64,000 nt of DNA from Paramoeba atlantica (Eukaryota > Protista > Discosea): positions 62,001 through 126,000 of the forward strand of contig CDRNVI010000178.1 of NCBI GenBank assembly GCA_977017575.1. The letters are read 5' to 3'. Under the pieces are notes generated by a model. That model saw only the letters and a list, made by a program, of their open reading frames with translations. It searched no databases and was not told the DNA's origin. Made by a program: the position numbers and the translations under genes. Positions 10,705 to 24,123 of the stretch are shown here, one piece after another; position 1 is the stretch's first letter, and each line of letters opens with the position of its first letter.

Positions 10705-11877
10705 ATGTCCAATTGGTCTGACTGGTTTTGGGATTCTCTCTCTTCCTTGGGTTTGTATTTGTGTTCAATTGCAGTTTTCTTGACAAAAACAAATTGTTTT
10801 ATCTTTTCTTCTTCTCTTTTTTCTTTCTTTTGTGGGAAAGGTTTGGTTTCGAAAAAGGGAAGGCTCTTGGTATTGGGAGTGGACAATGGTGGTAAAACAA
10901 CTTTGTCATATCTCATCAATGAAAGTCAAGTTCCTCTTCATCAACCGAGTTGTGGGTCAAAACTCAGTTCTTTTTTTCTTGTTCTTCATTTCTTTCAAAT
11001 AATTGTTTTTGAAAGTTTGGAAGCAGATGAGTTTCAGTTTGGTTCCTTTCACTGTTCAGTTATTGATCTTGGAGGACTTCAAGCATGTTCAAATTTCTCT
11101 TTCATTTTCTCCTTTCTTTGATCTTGCAAAATCCTTCGAGAAGTTTAAAGACAAGTTTGTACTAAAGAGCTCTCTCTCTCTTTACCAGCAAGAAAGTGGT
11201 GGCATGATTATTTTTCAGATGTCCAAGGTATTTGCTTTGTAGTTGACGCCTCTGACCATGCACGTTTTGAAGAAGCAAAAGTGGTTCTCTTTTCCTTCTG
11301 CTTTGTAGAAACCTTTTTTCTTTTCTTGTTCAATCGATTTGAAAACTAAAAACAATCTCAGGAATTGAATCTTCTTTTGTCAAATCCAGAACTCCAAAAA
11401 GTCCCTTTTCTTATCCTTGGATCCAAAATTGATTTGCCATCAGTATCTTTTTTTGATTCTTTCTTTCTTTGTTTTATTGATCTGAAGCTTTTTTAAATCA
11501 GGCAGCAAGCGAAGAAGAACTCTGTTTTCATTTTGATCTTTATCATAATTTATCTGGCAAGGTTCAACAAGAAAGAGAGAAGCGGAAAAGAGAGAGAAAT
11601 AACAAGGAGAGAACAGTTGATTGAAATGAAAATAGGGAAAGTATTGTCCAACAGAGGAAAGAAGACAAATAGAAGTTTTTATGTGTTCTTTTGTTCGTCG
11701 TCAGGGTTCTTTTTCTTTCCTCTTTCCTCTTTCCTCTTCTCTCGCTTTCCTCCTTATTTCTTTTTGACAGGATATCGTCGAGGGTTCGAGTGGTTGTGGG
11801 AAAGAATGGAAACAAACAAAAATGAAGAAACTTGCTGGAATGAAAAAGAGCTTTCGAATTTAGAACGCTTTTGGTGA
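10705..11877 (+). CDS. SAR1: Divergent Sar1-family small GTPase (multi-exon) with a C-terminal extension
   Basis: Spliced by eye: [107 protein letters not shown]. Sar1 signatures: N-terminal amphipathic helix, EVFMCS and GY..GF.WL. Confidence 0.9.
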
Positions 11878-12559
11878 GAACAAAATGGTCTTCAATCCAG
11901 ACCCTTCCTTGAGAAGCGAGACTTTCCTCCACTTTTTCGAAGGAAAAGAGTCCCCAGCGAGATCTATGGTTCAAGGCTTATTCTAAAAGTGAAAAACTGA
12001 TTTTTGTTCATCAAATTTTGTTTTCGACTTTTGTCTTGGTTATCGGATGCAATTCACTCGAATTGGACAACCTCAACAAAAAGTTTTGAATCAACCTATT
12101 GCTCCTGTTGCTCCTCTGGGGATGGAAGTGCCATCATGACAATCTTATGTCCCTTCTTATGTTGCAACCCCCAAACCCTTTGCTGAATATGCATTTTGTG
12201 GGATTTATGGGACAGCTTTTTGAAGAACTCTCTTTTCCTCTTTCATTGTTTCTCCTTTCAAATTTAAACTCATGAAAAGGAACTGAACTTTAAAACGAAT
12301 AATTAAAATAAATTAAAAGCAAAGCATTCTCTTTTCTCATGACGAAGTCTTCAGCCAAATTAGTCTTTTTACAAAAAATGGTTGGTTGTTGGAAGAGATA
12401 GCAAGGTAAAAGAAATCCACAAACACCCTTTTTAAGATGCCGTCTCTAATTTCCTCATTTGAATTGAGAATAAAACGCCTCCTTCATCCCCAATTCTTTC
12501 ACCATAATAAAATCCAAACAGAGAGAAAAGAAGTTCCTCGGCATGATCAATCTTTTCTT

Positions 12560-13990
12560 TCAAAGAAAGTATTGATTGGCAAGATGCAATTCGACAACCC
12601 GGCCCATCAGTTCTTGGATTCCAACTAAAGAAAGGGTCGAAGTCTCAAAGTATTGTGAATTAGCAAAGGGACCGACGGTCTCTCTGACTATTTGTGTGGA
12701 GGTTTTTATCTTATTAACAAAGATCATTTCGTGTGTATGTTTGTCTATCTTATTTCCACAGAGAACCTTTTCAAAAAGAAAACAAATAAATCAACAAATT
12801 AAAAAAAGAATAAGGAAAAATGAAAAGAAAGTCAAACAAAAGGGCTTGGTTGCTTCAAGGGATTGGATTTGTTAAAGTGTTGAACAGCAGGTTGCCATTT
12901 TTCTGTCAAATAAAAGAGACTTGGGAACTCACTTTCCTCTCGATTTTCGCCAATAGCCCAACTAAACACTCCAATGAATACATCTGGTCGACTTGGGAGC
13001 TCATGTATTCTGAAAAAAAAAAACCAAAAAAATTATTAAACAAAAATCAACAAGAAAAAAAGAGAAAGAAAAAATGAATCCCGAACCGATCAACAGGGAA
13101 TTCAGAGCCAATATCAAGAAAGGTAAAAGAGAGATCATACATCCAATCTTCTGTCCCAGTCAATTTTGGAGGTGGTCTGTACAAAAATCGAGCCTTTTTT
13201 TCCTGTTAATTCGCTTTGTTAGAAGAAGAAAAAATATAATAATAATGAGAAAGAGGATCAAATGAAAGGAAAGAGAACTTCGAGTTTGAGAGTCTCTGGA
13301 GGTTTCTTGACACGGGCAGGTTTCCCAGTTAAAATACTGTGCAGAAGCGATGTTTTTCCGACCTAATATCCCACAGTTCAACTCATATCTTTTTCTTTAT
13401 CTCGTCTTTCTATTTCTCTTTCTTTTCTTTCTCTTACTATCTATGACAAACAAACCTTTGGAGCACCAACAAGAGCAACAGTAATATCAAGAGAGCGAAG
13501 AGGAGGGACATTCGAAATAGAATGATAAGGAACAAGAAGATTCGGTAAATCTTTATCTAATGTTCCACGAGGAACTCGAGGATTTAAAACAATTCGTCTT
13601 GTATGTCCAAGCAAATAAAATAACAAGAGTGGCGCCCTCTCAACCTCCCATTCTTCGTCTCTCTCTCCTTTATATTTGAAACACTGTCCACCTTTTTGGG
13701 CTCGACCGCCTTGTTCAAAGAAAACCTCTCCGTTTACTGTTTGTTTTCTCTCTAATTTTATTTGTGAACTCTAGAGATAAACAGAGAAAGTTAGATTCAT
13801 TTAGTTGGAATAAAATATTTTTTTTAAAAGTGAGTTGGTGAGAAAAAAAAACCACAATCGATGGGACAGCAAGGAGCCGAAAGAAAAAACAGGACAGAGA
13901 AGAAGGACAGGGAGCTCGAAATGCGCTAAAAAGATCAAGAAAGAGACGGTGCGATTTGATTTCAGGGATTGAAACTTCTGCACCCATTTC
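12560..13990 (-). CDS. Rho/Ras-superfamily small GTPase with an N-terminal extension (start uncertain)
   Basis: P-loop ALVGAPK|VGKTS split by an intron (13455-13363). Also PDVFIGVFS, KWQPAVQHF, G4 VLCGNKID, G5 YFETS and stop TGA at 12562-12560. No clear DxxG (G3) exon was resolved. Confidence 0.7.
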
Positions 13991-14063
13991 ATCATGATGC
14001 TTTCTCCAAACCTTTTTTAAATAAAGTAAGTTAGTTTTTAGATTTCCAATTTTGGGAATTGTA

Positions 14064-16077
14064 TTAAACCTGAGAGAGAAGCCGACTACTCACAGAAAGG
14101 GGTTCGACAATCTTTCCAACTGAAATCACAGTTGAGATAGTCACACTTCCAGTCACAGCCAGTGATGTCCCAGGCGCAGGTCTTAAACTTAAATTTTGCT
14201 TCTTCTTTGAGATCACTTGCCCAACCACAGGAGAGCCAATACAAAGATCCAACGGAGGGAAAACCTTCTCCCTTGCCTGCCCAAGAAACGTTCGAAAAAC
14301 CTTTGTTTTTCGACACACCTCAAACACAATTTCCTTTGTTGGATCAACCGCAGGAATCTCCCAAACTTCATCCCAATCAGGATCGCAAGTCTCCTTTACA
14401 GTGCGGGTTGTGTATGAATCAGTTCCCACCCGTCCAACACAATACACATCGCCGAGCTTGGCAAGAGCTCGTGCCTTCGAGATTGTGACTTGGGCCTTCA
14501 AAACAATCCCTGACAATTCTGTTGTGTTTGTTCGAACATTCAAACATTTCGAGGCCGATTTATCAACAGTCAGAGAATTTGCAACACAGACATCATTTAG
14601 CAAATTTCCAACTTTACGCATAACCTTCAGAGCTGCAGCGAGACTTTGGAGATCAGGGTGTGTCTCTGGAGTCTTTTTTAACAAATCATCCAAAAGGAGA
14701 CCGTATCTTGGGATTCGTTGAATAGGGGTAATTAAAATCGATTCTAAAAACATTGCTGTGTTTTTTTTGAACTTCGCTTCGACTTTGCTTTGAAAGAATC
14801 GATTGACTTCGGGATTTCCTTCTTCCATCTGTTTGACAACTTTGATACAATTATCGTAATCCTGATGATTTATTTACAAATTAAAAAATGAACAAAAAAA
14901 AATATCAAAAAGAAAAGAAAAGAAAAGAAAAACTAACTTGACCATATTGAGCATATGGAATACATTTGGGACCAAACTCAATAAAAAGCTTCCCGATTTG
15001 AGCATTCGCTAATGGTTCAACCTTGAATTGTTCTTTCAAACTATTCAAAAGTTCCAAATGAATGGTATAAAGAGCATCCACGTTTGAAAACATCGACAGA
15101 ATTTGAGCTTGTGAGAGAACAGGAATTGCATTCCCTTTTCTCTTTAATTCAGATTGCTCCAACAAGGGGAGTTGAAAAGATTTAGCGAGGGTTCGCAGTC
15201 CAGAGACATAAGATTCTTCTGTAGATAAAACCTCTTTCAGAATATAAGCTCTTTTTTTCTGCCAGTCTCCTTCTGAACTTGGAGAAGAAGGTGGTTCTTC
15301 TTTCATTTCTTTCACTCCTTGTTTCTCTTTTTTCTGCGATTTGAAATCAACATCAACTTGAATGAGAGAAACTGAGAGTCGTTTTGAAAGTGCTTCAACT
15401 TCATCTCCAAGTTGGTTATATCCTAAAGTTTTGACTTCTTTTTTCCCTTCTTCTAACAATTCTAAAAGTGATGCTGCTTCTCGTTTGGCATTCTCGATTC
15501 GAATAGATGTTTCGCTGTCAAGTTCCTTTCCTTGGGAAAGCTCTTCAAAGATGGAAACAAGAGCTTGGACTTGAGAATGATATTCCCTCAGGCTATATCT
15601 GATTTCTTCCAGACTCACATCATCACCAGGAACCGCTCTTCGATCGTCTTTTCTCCTGCTTTTTGGGCTCAGCGATTCCAATGATCCCATTACCTCATTC
15701 GTTCCTTCAATTCTCCCTAATCTTTCCCTCTTCTTATCAGAGACTCGTTTTTTTTTCTCCTCTTCTTTATCTTCCTGAAGGCTCACAAACATTAACTGAT
15801 GAGTTTTCAAAGCATCCTGAACACAATCCTCGTTCTCTAAATATATTTCTTGACCCCCAAGTAAAACATAGGCAAGAAGGTGATTCCCAGTTAACAGAAC
15901 TGGCGCTTTCTTTTGTATCTGAACAGAGAATTGCTGAAGAAACTCCGTTATTCGCTCGGACGGCGCCACTCCCATCGGAAATGAAAGAGAAGGAGGAGGG
16001 TTTTCAAAGGTACAATCAACCATAACTTTGTCACCAATTTCGCGAAAAACTCGAACCGAGAACTTGAGTTGAGACAT
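14064..16077 (-). CDS. RhoGEF: N-terminal ubiquitin/PB1-like region + DH domain + C2 domain (no PH domain)
   Basis: DH: KRAYILKEVLSTEESYVSGL..MFSNVDALYTIHLELL..LITPIQRIPRYGLLLDDLLKKTPETHPD. C2: VTISKARAL..DVYCV..TRTVKETCDPDWDE..FLGQA. ATG at 16077, one intron at about 14940-14880. Confidence 0.88.
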
Positions 16078-16341
16078 GGTTTCCCCTCCAACAAACTTGG
16101 ATGGATGGAGAGAGGGGTGGGGGAAGAGAGAGAGAGAGAGGTTGTGGCTGACTGAACTCACTGGAAAACAAAAAAGAAAATTTCTCTCGGGTAAAAAAGA
16201 AGGGTCCAAAACAACAAAAAAAGGTCATTTAGAACAGAGAAAAAAAGGTATCCCTTTTTTGGCAAGAAAGCAAGTTTTCGGTTTGGCTTGTGCACACGGT
16301 TTTTCTCACTTGTTCAAAAAACTTTTTTGCGCCAAGGCTTC

Positions 16342-17542
<1,201 letters not shown>

Positions 17543-17711
17543 AAACCTTACAATATTACTTGAATGAAAAAAAAATGAGCGAAGGGGATCTTTCATCAAC
17601 CTTTGAGGAAACGAGCACAATTGATTTGAACAAGTGACTTTTTAAAGATGAAAAGATGCTCAATCAATAAATAATTAAAAATCATCCATGATTTTCGTCC
17701 ATGATGATGTG

Positions 17712-19064
17712 TCATTTGGACACCAATTTATAGATCGATAAGGATGGACTTGTGTCTGCAATACAAACAACTGACCCACAACTGGCTAACCAGTTGATAT
17801 TATTTCCATGTTGAATCTCATAAATAGGTTCTGTCTTTTCCTCTTCTTTGGAAAGAGACCAAAATTTGATCATTCCGTCACTACTCGCGGACAAAAGTTT
17901 TTCTGATAATTTTTTTGGAGGAGGAGATGGTTCTATGGAAGGAGAGGAAGATGAGGAAGATGAAGATGATGAAGACGAAAGCGAGGAAGATGAGGAAGAC
18001 GAGGAAGACGAAGATGATGATGAAGACGAGGAAGACGAAGATGATGATGAAGATGATGAAGATGAGGACGATGAGGAAGACGAGGAAGGGGAAGACGATG
18101 ATGAAGATAGAGAGGGAGAAGAGGGAGAAGGGGAAGAAGGGGAAGAAGGGGAAGGAGAGGAAGAGGAAGAAGTTGATGACAACAAAGAAGGAGTTTTTAC
18201 AAAAGCAAATTGAACAACAGGAGCAAGATGAGATTCAATTTGACGAAGCAATACAGGACTCTTTTTCGAAAGTCGAAAGAGGCGGATCTGATAATCTCCC
18301 GCTCCAATCGCAAAAAGATTTCCAGAAGGAGAATATGCAATAGTATGAACAAGAGGTGGGTTATAGAGACAACGAGCGGCAGATTGACCATCTTGTAAAT
18401 CAAAACGGTGATACAATTTCCCGGTTGAAAAGTCTTGACAGGCAGCCGTTTGGTCCATACTTCCTGATGCAAGTTCCCAACTTCCTTTTTGTGAATTAGA
18501 AGGGCGAAATTGAACTGAAGTACAAATGTTTGTGTGCCGCTTGATTGTTTTGAAAGGAGATGATCTTTCGAGGTCCCAAACACGAATCTCTCCACAGTCA
18601 TCACCCGCAGCCAAATATTTTCCGGTTTGGTGAATGGCTAAATGATTGATCTCATCTTTGAATCCTCGAAACCATTGGACAATTTTCATTCCAAAGTGTC
18701 GATCATCTGAATCAGTTTTCTTTTTTTTCTCACTCAGACCAATTTGGCAAATGGCCTGCCCACATGATGCAAAGAGTCGAGACGAAAGAAATGGATGGAA
18801 GACAATAGAGGTTACCTCATCTGGTAGATTGAGATATCCAACTTGTTTTTGTGATTTAAGATCCCACAAACGAATGGTTTTGTCCTCCGACCCAGAACAA
18901 GCGAGTGGAAAATCGTTTGCTTTCGAGCAGTCAGGTTTCGGGGGAGAAGATACCCCTTTGGTTTTTTTCTTTTGGGAGGGGTTGTCTTGTGGCGATTGGA
19001 GATGTTGAATTGCAACACAAAGAACACTCTCACGGTGCCCTGTAAGTTTTCCAACCAACTCCAT
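17712..19064 (-). CDS. WDR53: WD40 protein, WDR53-like, intronless, with a long poly-Ser insertion
   Basis: GHRESVLCVA, SGSEDKTIRLWD, DEINHLAIHQTGKYLAAGDDCGEIRVWD, HTNICTSVQFRP, SGSMD, LYNPPLVHTIA; resembles WDR53. Confidence 0.75.
   Translation of the reverse strand: MELVGKLTGHRESVLCVAIQHLQSPQDNPSQKKKTKGVSSPPKPDCSKANDFPLACSGSEDKTIRLWDLKSQKQVGYLNLPDEVTSIVFHPFLSSRLFASCGQAICQIGLSEKKKKTDSDDRHFGMKIVQWFRGFKDEINHLAIHQTGKYLAAGDDCGEIRVWDLERSSPFKTIKRHTNICTSVQFRPSNSQKGSWELASGSMDQTAACQDFSTGKLYHRFDLQDGQSAARCLYNPPLVHTIAYSPSGNLFAIGAGDYQIRLFRLSKKSPVLLRQIESHLAPVVQFAFVKTPSLLSSTSSSSSPSPSSPSSPSPSSPSLSSSSSSPSSSSSSSSSSSSSSSSSSSSSSSSSSSSSSSSSSSLSSSSSSSSSSSSPSIEPSPPPKKLSEKLLSASSDGMIKFWSLSKEEEKTEPIYEIQHGNNINWLASCGSVVCIADTSPSLSIYKLVSK
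17945..18180. repeat. GAN trinucleotide low-complexity tract (poly-Ser on the coding strand)
   Basis: Visible gat/gaa/gag/gac run. Confidence 0.9.
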
Positions 19065-19308
19065 CAAAGGGTGAAAGGCTGGGAAGAGCCAAAAAGAGAG
19101 AAAGAGAGGCGAAAAGAGAAAAAAAAATTTAGGTGTCTAAAAAAAAGAGGGCCGTTTCTTTTTTTGAGATTATTTTTCAGTTGTTTTTTTTCAAATCACG
19201 GCGAAGAGGTTCAAAAAACGGGGAAAGAAAAGAAAAAGAAAAAGAAAAAGAAAAAGAAAAAGAAAAGAGAGAAGAGAGACAGAGGAAAAGAAAAAGAAAA
19301 GAAGAATC

Positions 19309-22300
19309 ATGAATCGTAGTCGAGGGAAGGTTGGGTCGTTACCTCGTCGTAAAAGAGAAGGAGGACAAACTCCCTCTACACCCCGGATCTACTATTACCG
19401 ATCTCGGCTCTCTCCAGCGGGGAAACATCTGGTTTTTCTTCCTTTTTCTGTTTCGATAATTTTGGCCCATACAATTTTCCCTTTCACTCTTTGTTTGTTA
19501 ACAATTCCTTTTCGAATTGTAGGATGGATCACCACAAACACACCAAACGACAGATCCTCCACGCGAGCCGAGTCAAATGAAACTTGAACACTGTCTCAAT
19601 GAATCTACTCTTCCTTCTTTCAATCCTCATGACCTCAACACTAGCAATCAATCACACTCAAACAGTAACGTCAACTGGAATGATCCAATGTCAACTTCTT
19701 CAAGTCGAATCGCAACTTCTTCAAGAGAAAACCAAACCAATGAATCTCTTTTACGAACTCCAACACAAGCACGAACTGACACAAACACTTTGCAGAGTAA
19801 CTTGACAGATTACTTCAGTTCACCAACCAAAACAAATCATCCGTCAAACAAAGGGAGACCAAGGCGAAGTTTGCTTGAAAATCTTTTGACTCCTCTCACA
19901 GAATTCGTCTTTTTGATTTTGTATTTTCTTTCTTGTGGTTATTTTACGAGAACCCCTCTTCGTGCGATGTGGATCAAGGTTGTTCTTTTTTTCCCTCCTT
20001 CTTCTTGCTAGAAATGATTGAAACTTTTAAGGAGTTGGTTCAAAAATTAACTTTAATTTTTTGGATTAATCTCGTTTTTGATTGATTTTTAGAGAAGTCT
20101 GGTAGTATTTGGAGCAACTTTGTTCCTCTGGTGGTTGTTTGGTGGTGGTTTTTCTTCTCTTCAGAGAGGTTTGAAGTTTGTGAAATTCAAATATTTTTTT
20201 TTTGAAATTAAGTTTTTCTTTTTCCAGCTGCTTGGGCCGAAGAAGATATCGCGTTTCGAGTATCTTTTTTATTTTTGAATCTTCTTTTTCTCCATGAGAT
20301 GTAATTGATTTTGTTCTTCAGGCTCGAGTGAATGAACTTGCAAGAGAAGTTACGAAACTTGAAAATGATTTGTTCCTCCGACAGGTTTTTTTTGCAACAA
20401 TTTTTCCCTTCCTCAAAAATGGGATTAAGTCTCTTTTATTTTACAGGATGCGATTTCCAAATCGGAGTTGAATATGATTCTTGAACACAAAGAATCACAA
20501 ATCCTTCACAACCTTCATGTAAGTTTCCCCCTTTCCTCTCTTGGTTAGAAAAAAGAGCTGATCGAACAAATAATCATAGGGCGCAATGAGACAAATGGTT
20601 GAACAATCCCCGGACGGACTGAAACCGGAAAAAACCAACTCAGAGGATCTGAGTCAGTTGGCATCAGTTGTTCTCCAAATGAGTAAAAAAGTCGACACAG
20701 TTCAAAAAGATTCTTTGAAAACGAGCGACCGCATCAACTCAATGAATGAAAAGGTTACTACTGCCAATGGACGGCTTGATAGTGTTCAGAAAGAGGTTGA
20801 AAAAGTTACAAAAGATGTTAATGTTGTCGCTCAATTAGCAGAAGGGACACTGGAACAACTTGAAAATGATCCAACGAAAAAGAAGGTTCAAAATGTTCAA
20901 TCAGATCTTAGTTCAGTGAAAAAGCAATTGGACCAACTGCAGAGCCTTCTTTCTGATTCCTCTGATACTTCTTCATCTCATGTGAAAACTGCAATGGTTT
21001 TTTTTTTTTTAATTTTTTTTGACAAATTATTTCAATTCTTACCTGATATTGCTCTTCTCAGAATCAACTTGTCCAGATGGAAAAAGAAATGAGTGAATTA
21101 CTGGCAACTGTTAATTCTCTTCAGGTTAATTAATCTCTCTTTGTTATGGTTAAAAATAGTCAAAAAGCAAGACAAAATCGCTGTGATTTTCTAATCATTC
21201 AAAAATAGAAAGTTGTGGATTCTGAGCAAGGGTCAAAACAACTTGTTGAAGATTTGTCAAATAACTTAAATGGAGTTTTCCATCGTTTAGAAACTGCAGA
21301 AGAGACAGACCGCAAGCAAGCAAGTCTTCTCAAAGAAATTCCGAATCGTTTAAAAGAAATGGAACAATTCGATCAAAAAACACAATCAGAAGTGGCTGAT
21401 TTGGAAAACAAACTGAAAGATGTACACCAAGTGGGAAGGACTGTGCAGGCTGATTTGGTCGCGCTTCGAGAATCAGTCTCTGCAAAAGAGGATCTTCTTC
21501 AAAAAGTGGATAATCTCTCACAGAGAACTGAACAAATCTCACGATTGATGGAGACAGTCCAGTCTCTTCAGGATTCTACCTCTCATCATGATCAATCTCT
21601 TTCTGTTTTATCCCAACGATTGAATGTTTGTTTCTATTTTCTTTTTTTTTTTTTTTCTGATTCGTTCGATGGAATATCCCTTTTATTGATCAATATCCAC
21701 AACAGGGGATTGAAAAAATGACATCAGAAGTTGAGAATCTGAGCGACCGTATTACCTCTCTTCAATCAAATGTATTTTCTCTTCTTTTGTCTTGTGTTAT
21801 GTGAAAATTAGTTCAACTAAATCCATTTTTAGGTTCTTTCTGAGACAGAGAGAGCGGAGCAGCGAGAGGAGATCCAACAAATTATTCAGGTTTGTTTTCT
21901 TTAATGAAAGGTATGATCGCTGGAACTTTTTTTTTTATTTTCTTTTCCATCATTAGAAATCCACCCAAGATATGAAGTCTGATTTTGAAACACTCCAAAA
22001 TGATCTCTCGTTTCTTTCTTCTCTTGTGGTTTGTGTTCCATCTTTTTTTTTTCAATTTTTTTCACAACTCATTTTTTCTCACAATAAATTACAGAGCCAA
22101 GGAGATGGAAAGGGTGATAATGAAGGGGCTCTTTTGGAGCTTCGAAAGTTGGATAAGAAAATTTTAGAATTGGGTCAATCTTTGGAATTGATGAATGCAG
22201 ATGGGACTGGATATGCTGATTGGGCACTTCGTTCTGCTGGTTCAACTGTTTGGAAAGCCTCCCCGTCCTATCTGTCAGGTGTTTTGGATTCTTCAGTGGA

Positions 22301-22824
22301 CCATCTCATCACGGTATTTTCTCTCTCTTTTTCTTTTCTTTTTCTTCCCTTTTTTTTTGCTGACGAAGCTGTAAAAATAGGCAGGAACAAATATTGGGGA
22401 ATGTTGGCCCATGAAAGGAACCAAAGGAAGTGCAATTATCAAATTAGGACAAGTCATTCGCCCGACAGCCTTTTCAATCGATCACACCCGAATGGTGCCA
22501 AAAGATCTTTTGTTCAGTGCCCCAAAGGAAGTGACCGTTTCGGTAAGTTTTTTTTTTGTGAAAAAAAGAAGAAGAATCAATCAATAATTTTATTGAAAAA
22601 AATGTGAATAGGGAGTAAGGAGTTCGGAGGGAGGAGCGCCAGTCTTTGATACTCTTGCCAAGTACACATATGACATTGAGAGTCCCAACATCATCCAAAC
22701 ATTTGAAACAGACACCCAAGAAGGGTACAGTTTAATTCGATTGACTGTGGAATCAAATTATGGTGATCCTGATTTTACTTGTATTTATCGCTTTCGGGTT
22801 CATGGTGTTCCGGTTTTTGGATGA
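19309..22824 (+). CDS. SUN-domain (Sad1/UNC-84) inner nuclear membrane protein, many exons
   Basis: Basic N-terminus, hydrophobic segment, coiled-coil exons, then GYADWALRSAGS, GECWPMKGTKGSAIIKL..PTAFSIDH..SAPKEV and SNYGDPDFTCIYRFRVHG. Stop at 22822-22824. Start codon tentative. Confidence 0.88.
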
Positions 22825-22907
22825 TGAGAGATTTTAAAGTGTGTTGGAAGGTAAAAGTGTGTGTATTATTATAAAAAAACAAGTCAAAAGATAAATAAAG
22901 ACATATT

Positions 22908-23906
22908 TCATTTGTTCTTCTTTTTCTTCTCTCCTCTGACTGACCTATCTTTCTTCTTCCCCTTCAACTTATCTGAGATCTTTCCTTTCTTCTCGGGAGG
23001 GTCCTTTTTCTCGTCAGAAATAACGCACCAGTCATACACACAGTCAAACTCGAATCCCTCACGAATGAACAAGTCACGAAACATCTTTCGAAGATAGGAA
23101 TAATCAGGTTTGTCGAAAAAACGAAGGGATCTCGCATACTTCAAGAAGTTGGTAAATTCGATGGGAAGATTCTTGCAAAGAACTTCGAGAGGTGTTGATA
23201 ATTTTTTGTCAGAGATTTCTTGGTATCTTTGCTTCTTCGTAGCAGCTTGGATCCCTTGCCATGGAAGCCAACCTTTGAAGAGATAAACTAAAATATAACC
23301 CAAGGATTCCAAATCATCCCTACGACTCTGTTCGATTCCAAGATGGGTATAAACGCTGGCATAACGGGCAGTTCCAGTCAAACTCTTGTTCTCACGATAA
23401 GGAATATGTTTTCGGTCTGAATCGCAGTAATATTTTGCCAATCCAAAATCGATCAAATAAATAATTCCACTTGTCTTTTTGACCCCCACAAGCATATTAT
23501 CAGGTTTCATATCACGATGAATAATTCCTTTTGTGTGGACGTACTCCAACCGCCGAATCATTTGATCAGCGATCATTAAAACTGTCTTCAGACTGAAGGA
23601 ACGATTGCAGTAAGTCAAGAGATCTTCCAAATTCGGGCCAAGAAGATCCATTGCCATCAAGTTTTGATTCCCTTGATGTCCAAAGAAGTCAACTTGAGGG
23701 ATTCCAATGCCATATCGCAGTTCACGGAGAATAAGGTATTCATACTGGAGTTGTGGATAAGCGATCTTTGCGTTCTCGACTTTTAATGCCACTTTCTTTT
23801 TGTTTCCTGTATGAACAGCAACATAAATCGCTCCAAAAGAACCTTCTCCTGTTTTTTTAAAGAGTTGATAGTCTCCCCATCGTGTGTGAGCCAGACTTTC
23901 GGCCAT
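22908..23906 (-). CDS. CSNK1: Casein kinase I, intronless, short basic tail
   Basis: GEGSFGAIY, MDLLGPNLEDL, HRDMKPDN, IDFGLAK, TGTARYAS, IEQSRRDDLES, KPDYSYLR. Confidence 0.97.
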   Translation of the reverse strand: MAESLAHTRWGDYQLFKKTGEGSFGAIYVAVHTGNKKKVALKVENAKIAYPQLQYEYLILRELRYGIGIPQVDFFGHQGNQNLMAMDLLGPNLEDLLTYCNRSFSLKTVLMIADQMIRRLEYVHTKGIIHRDMKPDNMLVGVKKTSGIIYLIDFGLAKYYCDSDRKHIPYRENKSLTGTARYASVYTHLGIEQSRRDDLESLGYILVYLFKGWLPWQGIQAATKKQRYQEISDKKLSTPLEVLCKNLPIEFTNFLKYARSLRFFDKPDYSYLRKMFRDLFIREGFEFDCVYDWCVISDEKKDPPEKKGKISDKLKGKKKDRSVRGEKKKKNK

Positions 23907-24123
23907 GACGTTTTCCCTCCCTCGTTGACCAAGGGGTCTCTTTTTTCCAACAAAAAAACAAAAGAAAAGGAAAAAACGAAAAAAAAAAGAAAAGAGGGAC
24001 TAAATTTGGGGCGCTATTTATTTTTTCCTTTTTTCGCGAATTTTGTTTGTTTTTGGTGTGTTGGTTTTTTTTTTTTCGTTTTTCTTCTTTTTGTTTCCTT
24101 TTTCCGTTTCTTTTTTTCTTGTG

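Noticed and set aside
11900-12550. Extra gene or extension of the Rho-like gene
   Set aside because: Composition looks coding, but every frame I read has stops within about 45 codons and no motif. Left unannotated (UTR or eroded exons).
17848-18343. Asp/Glu-rich and Lys/Met-rich + strand ORFs
   Set aside because: They are antisense shadows of the WDR53 poly-Ser tract.
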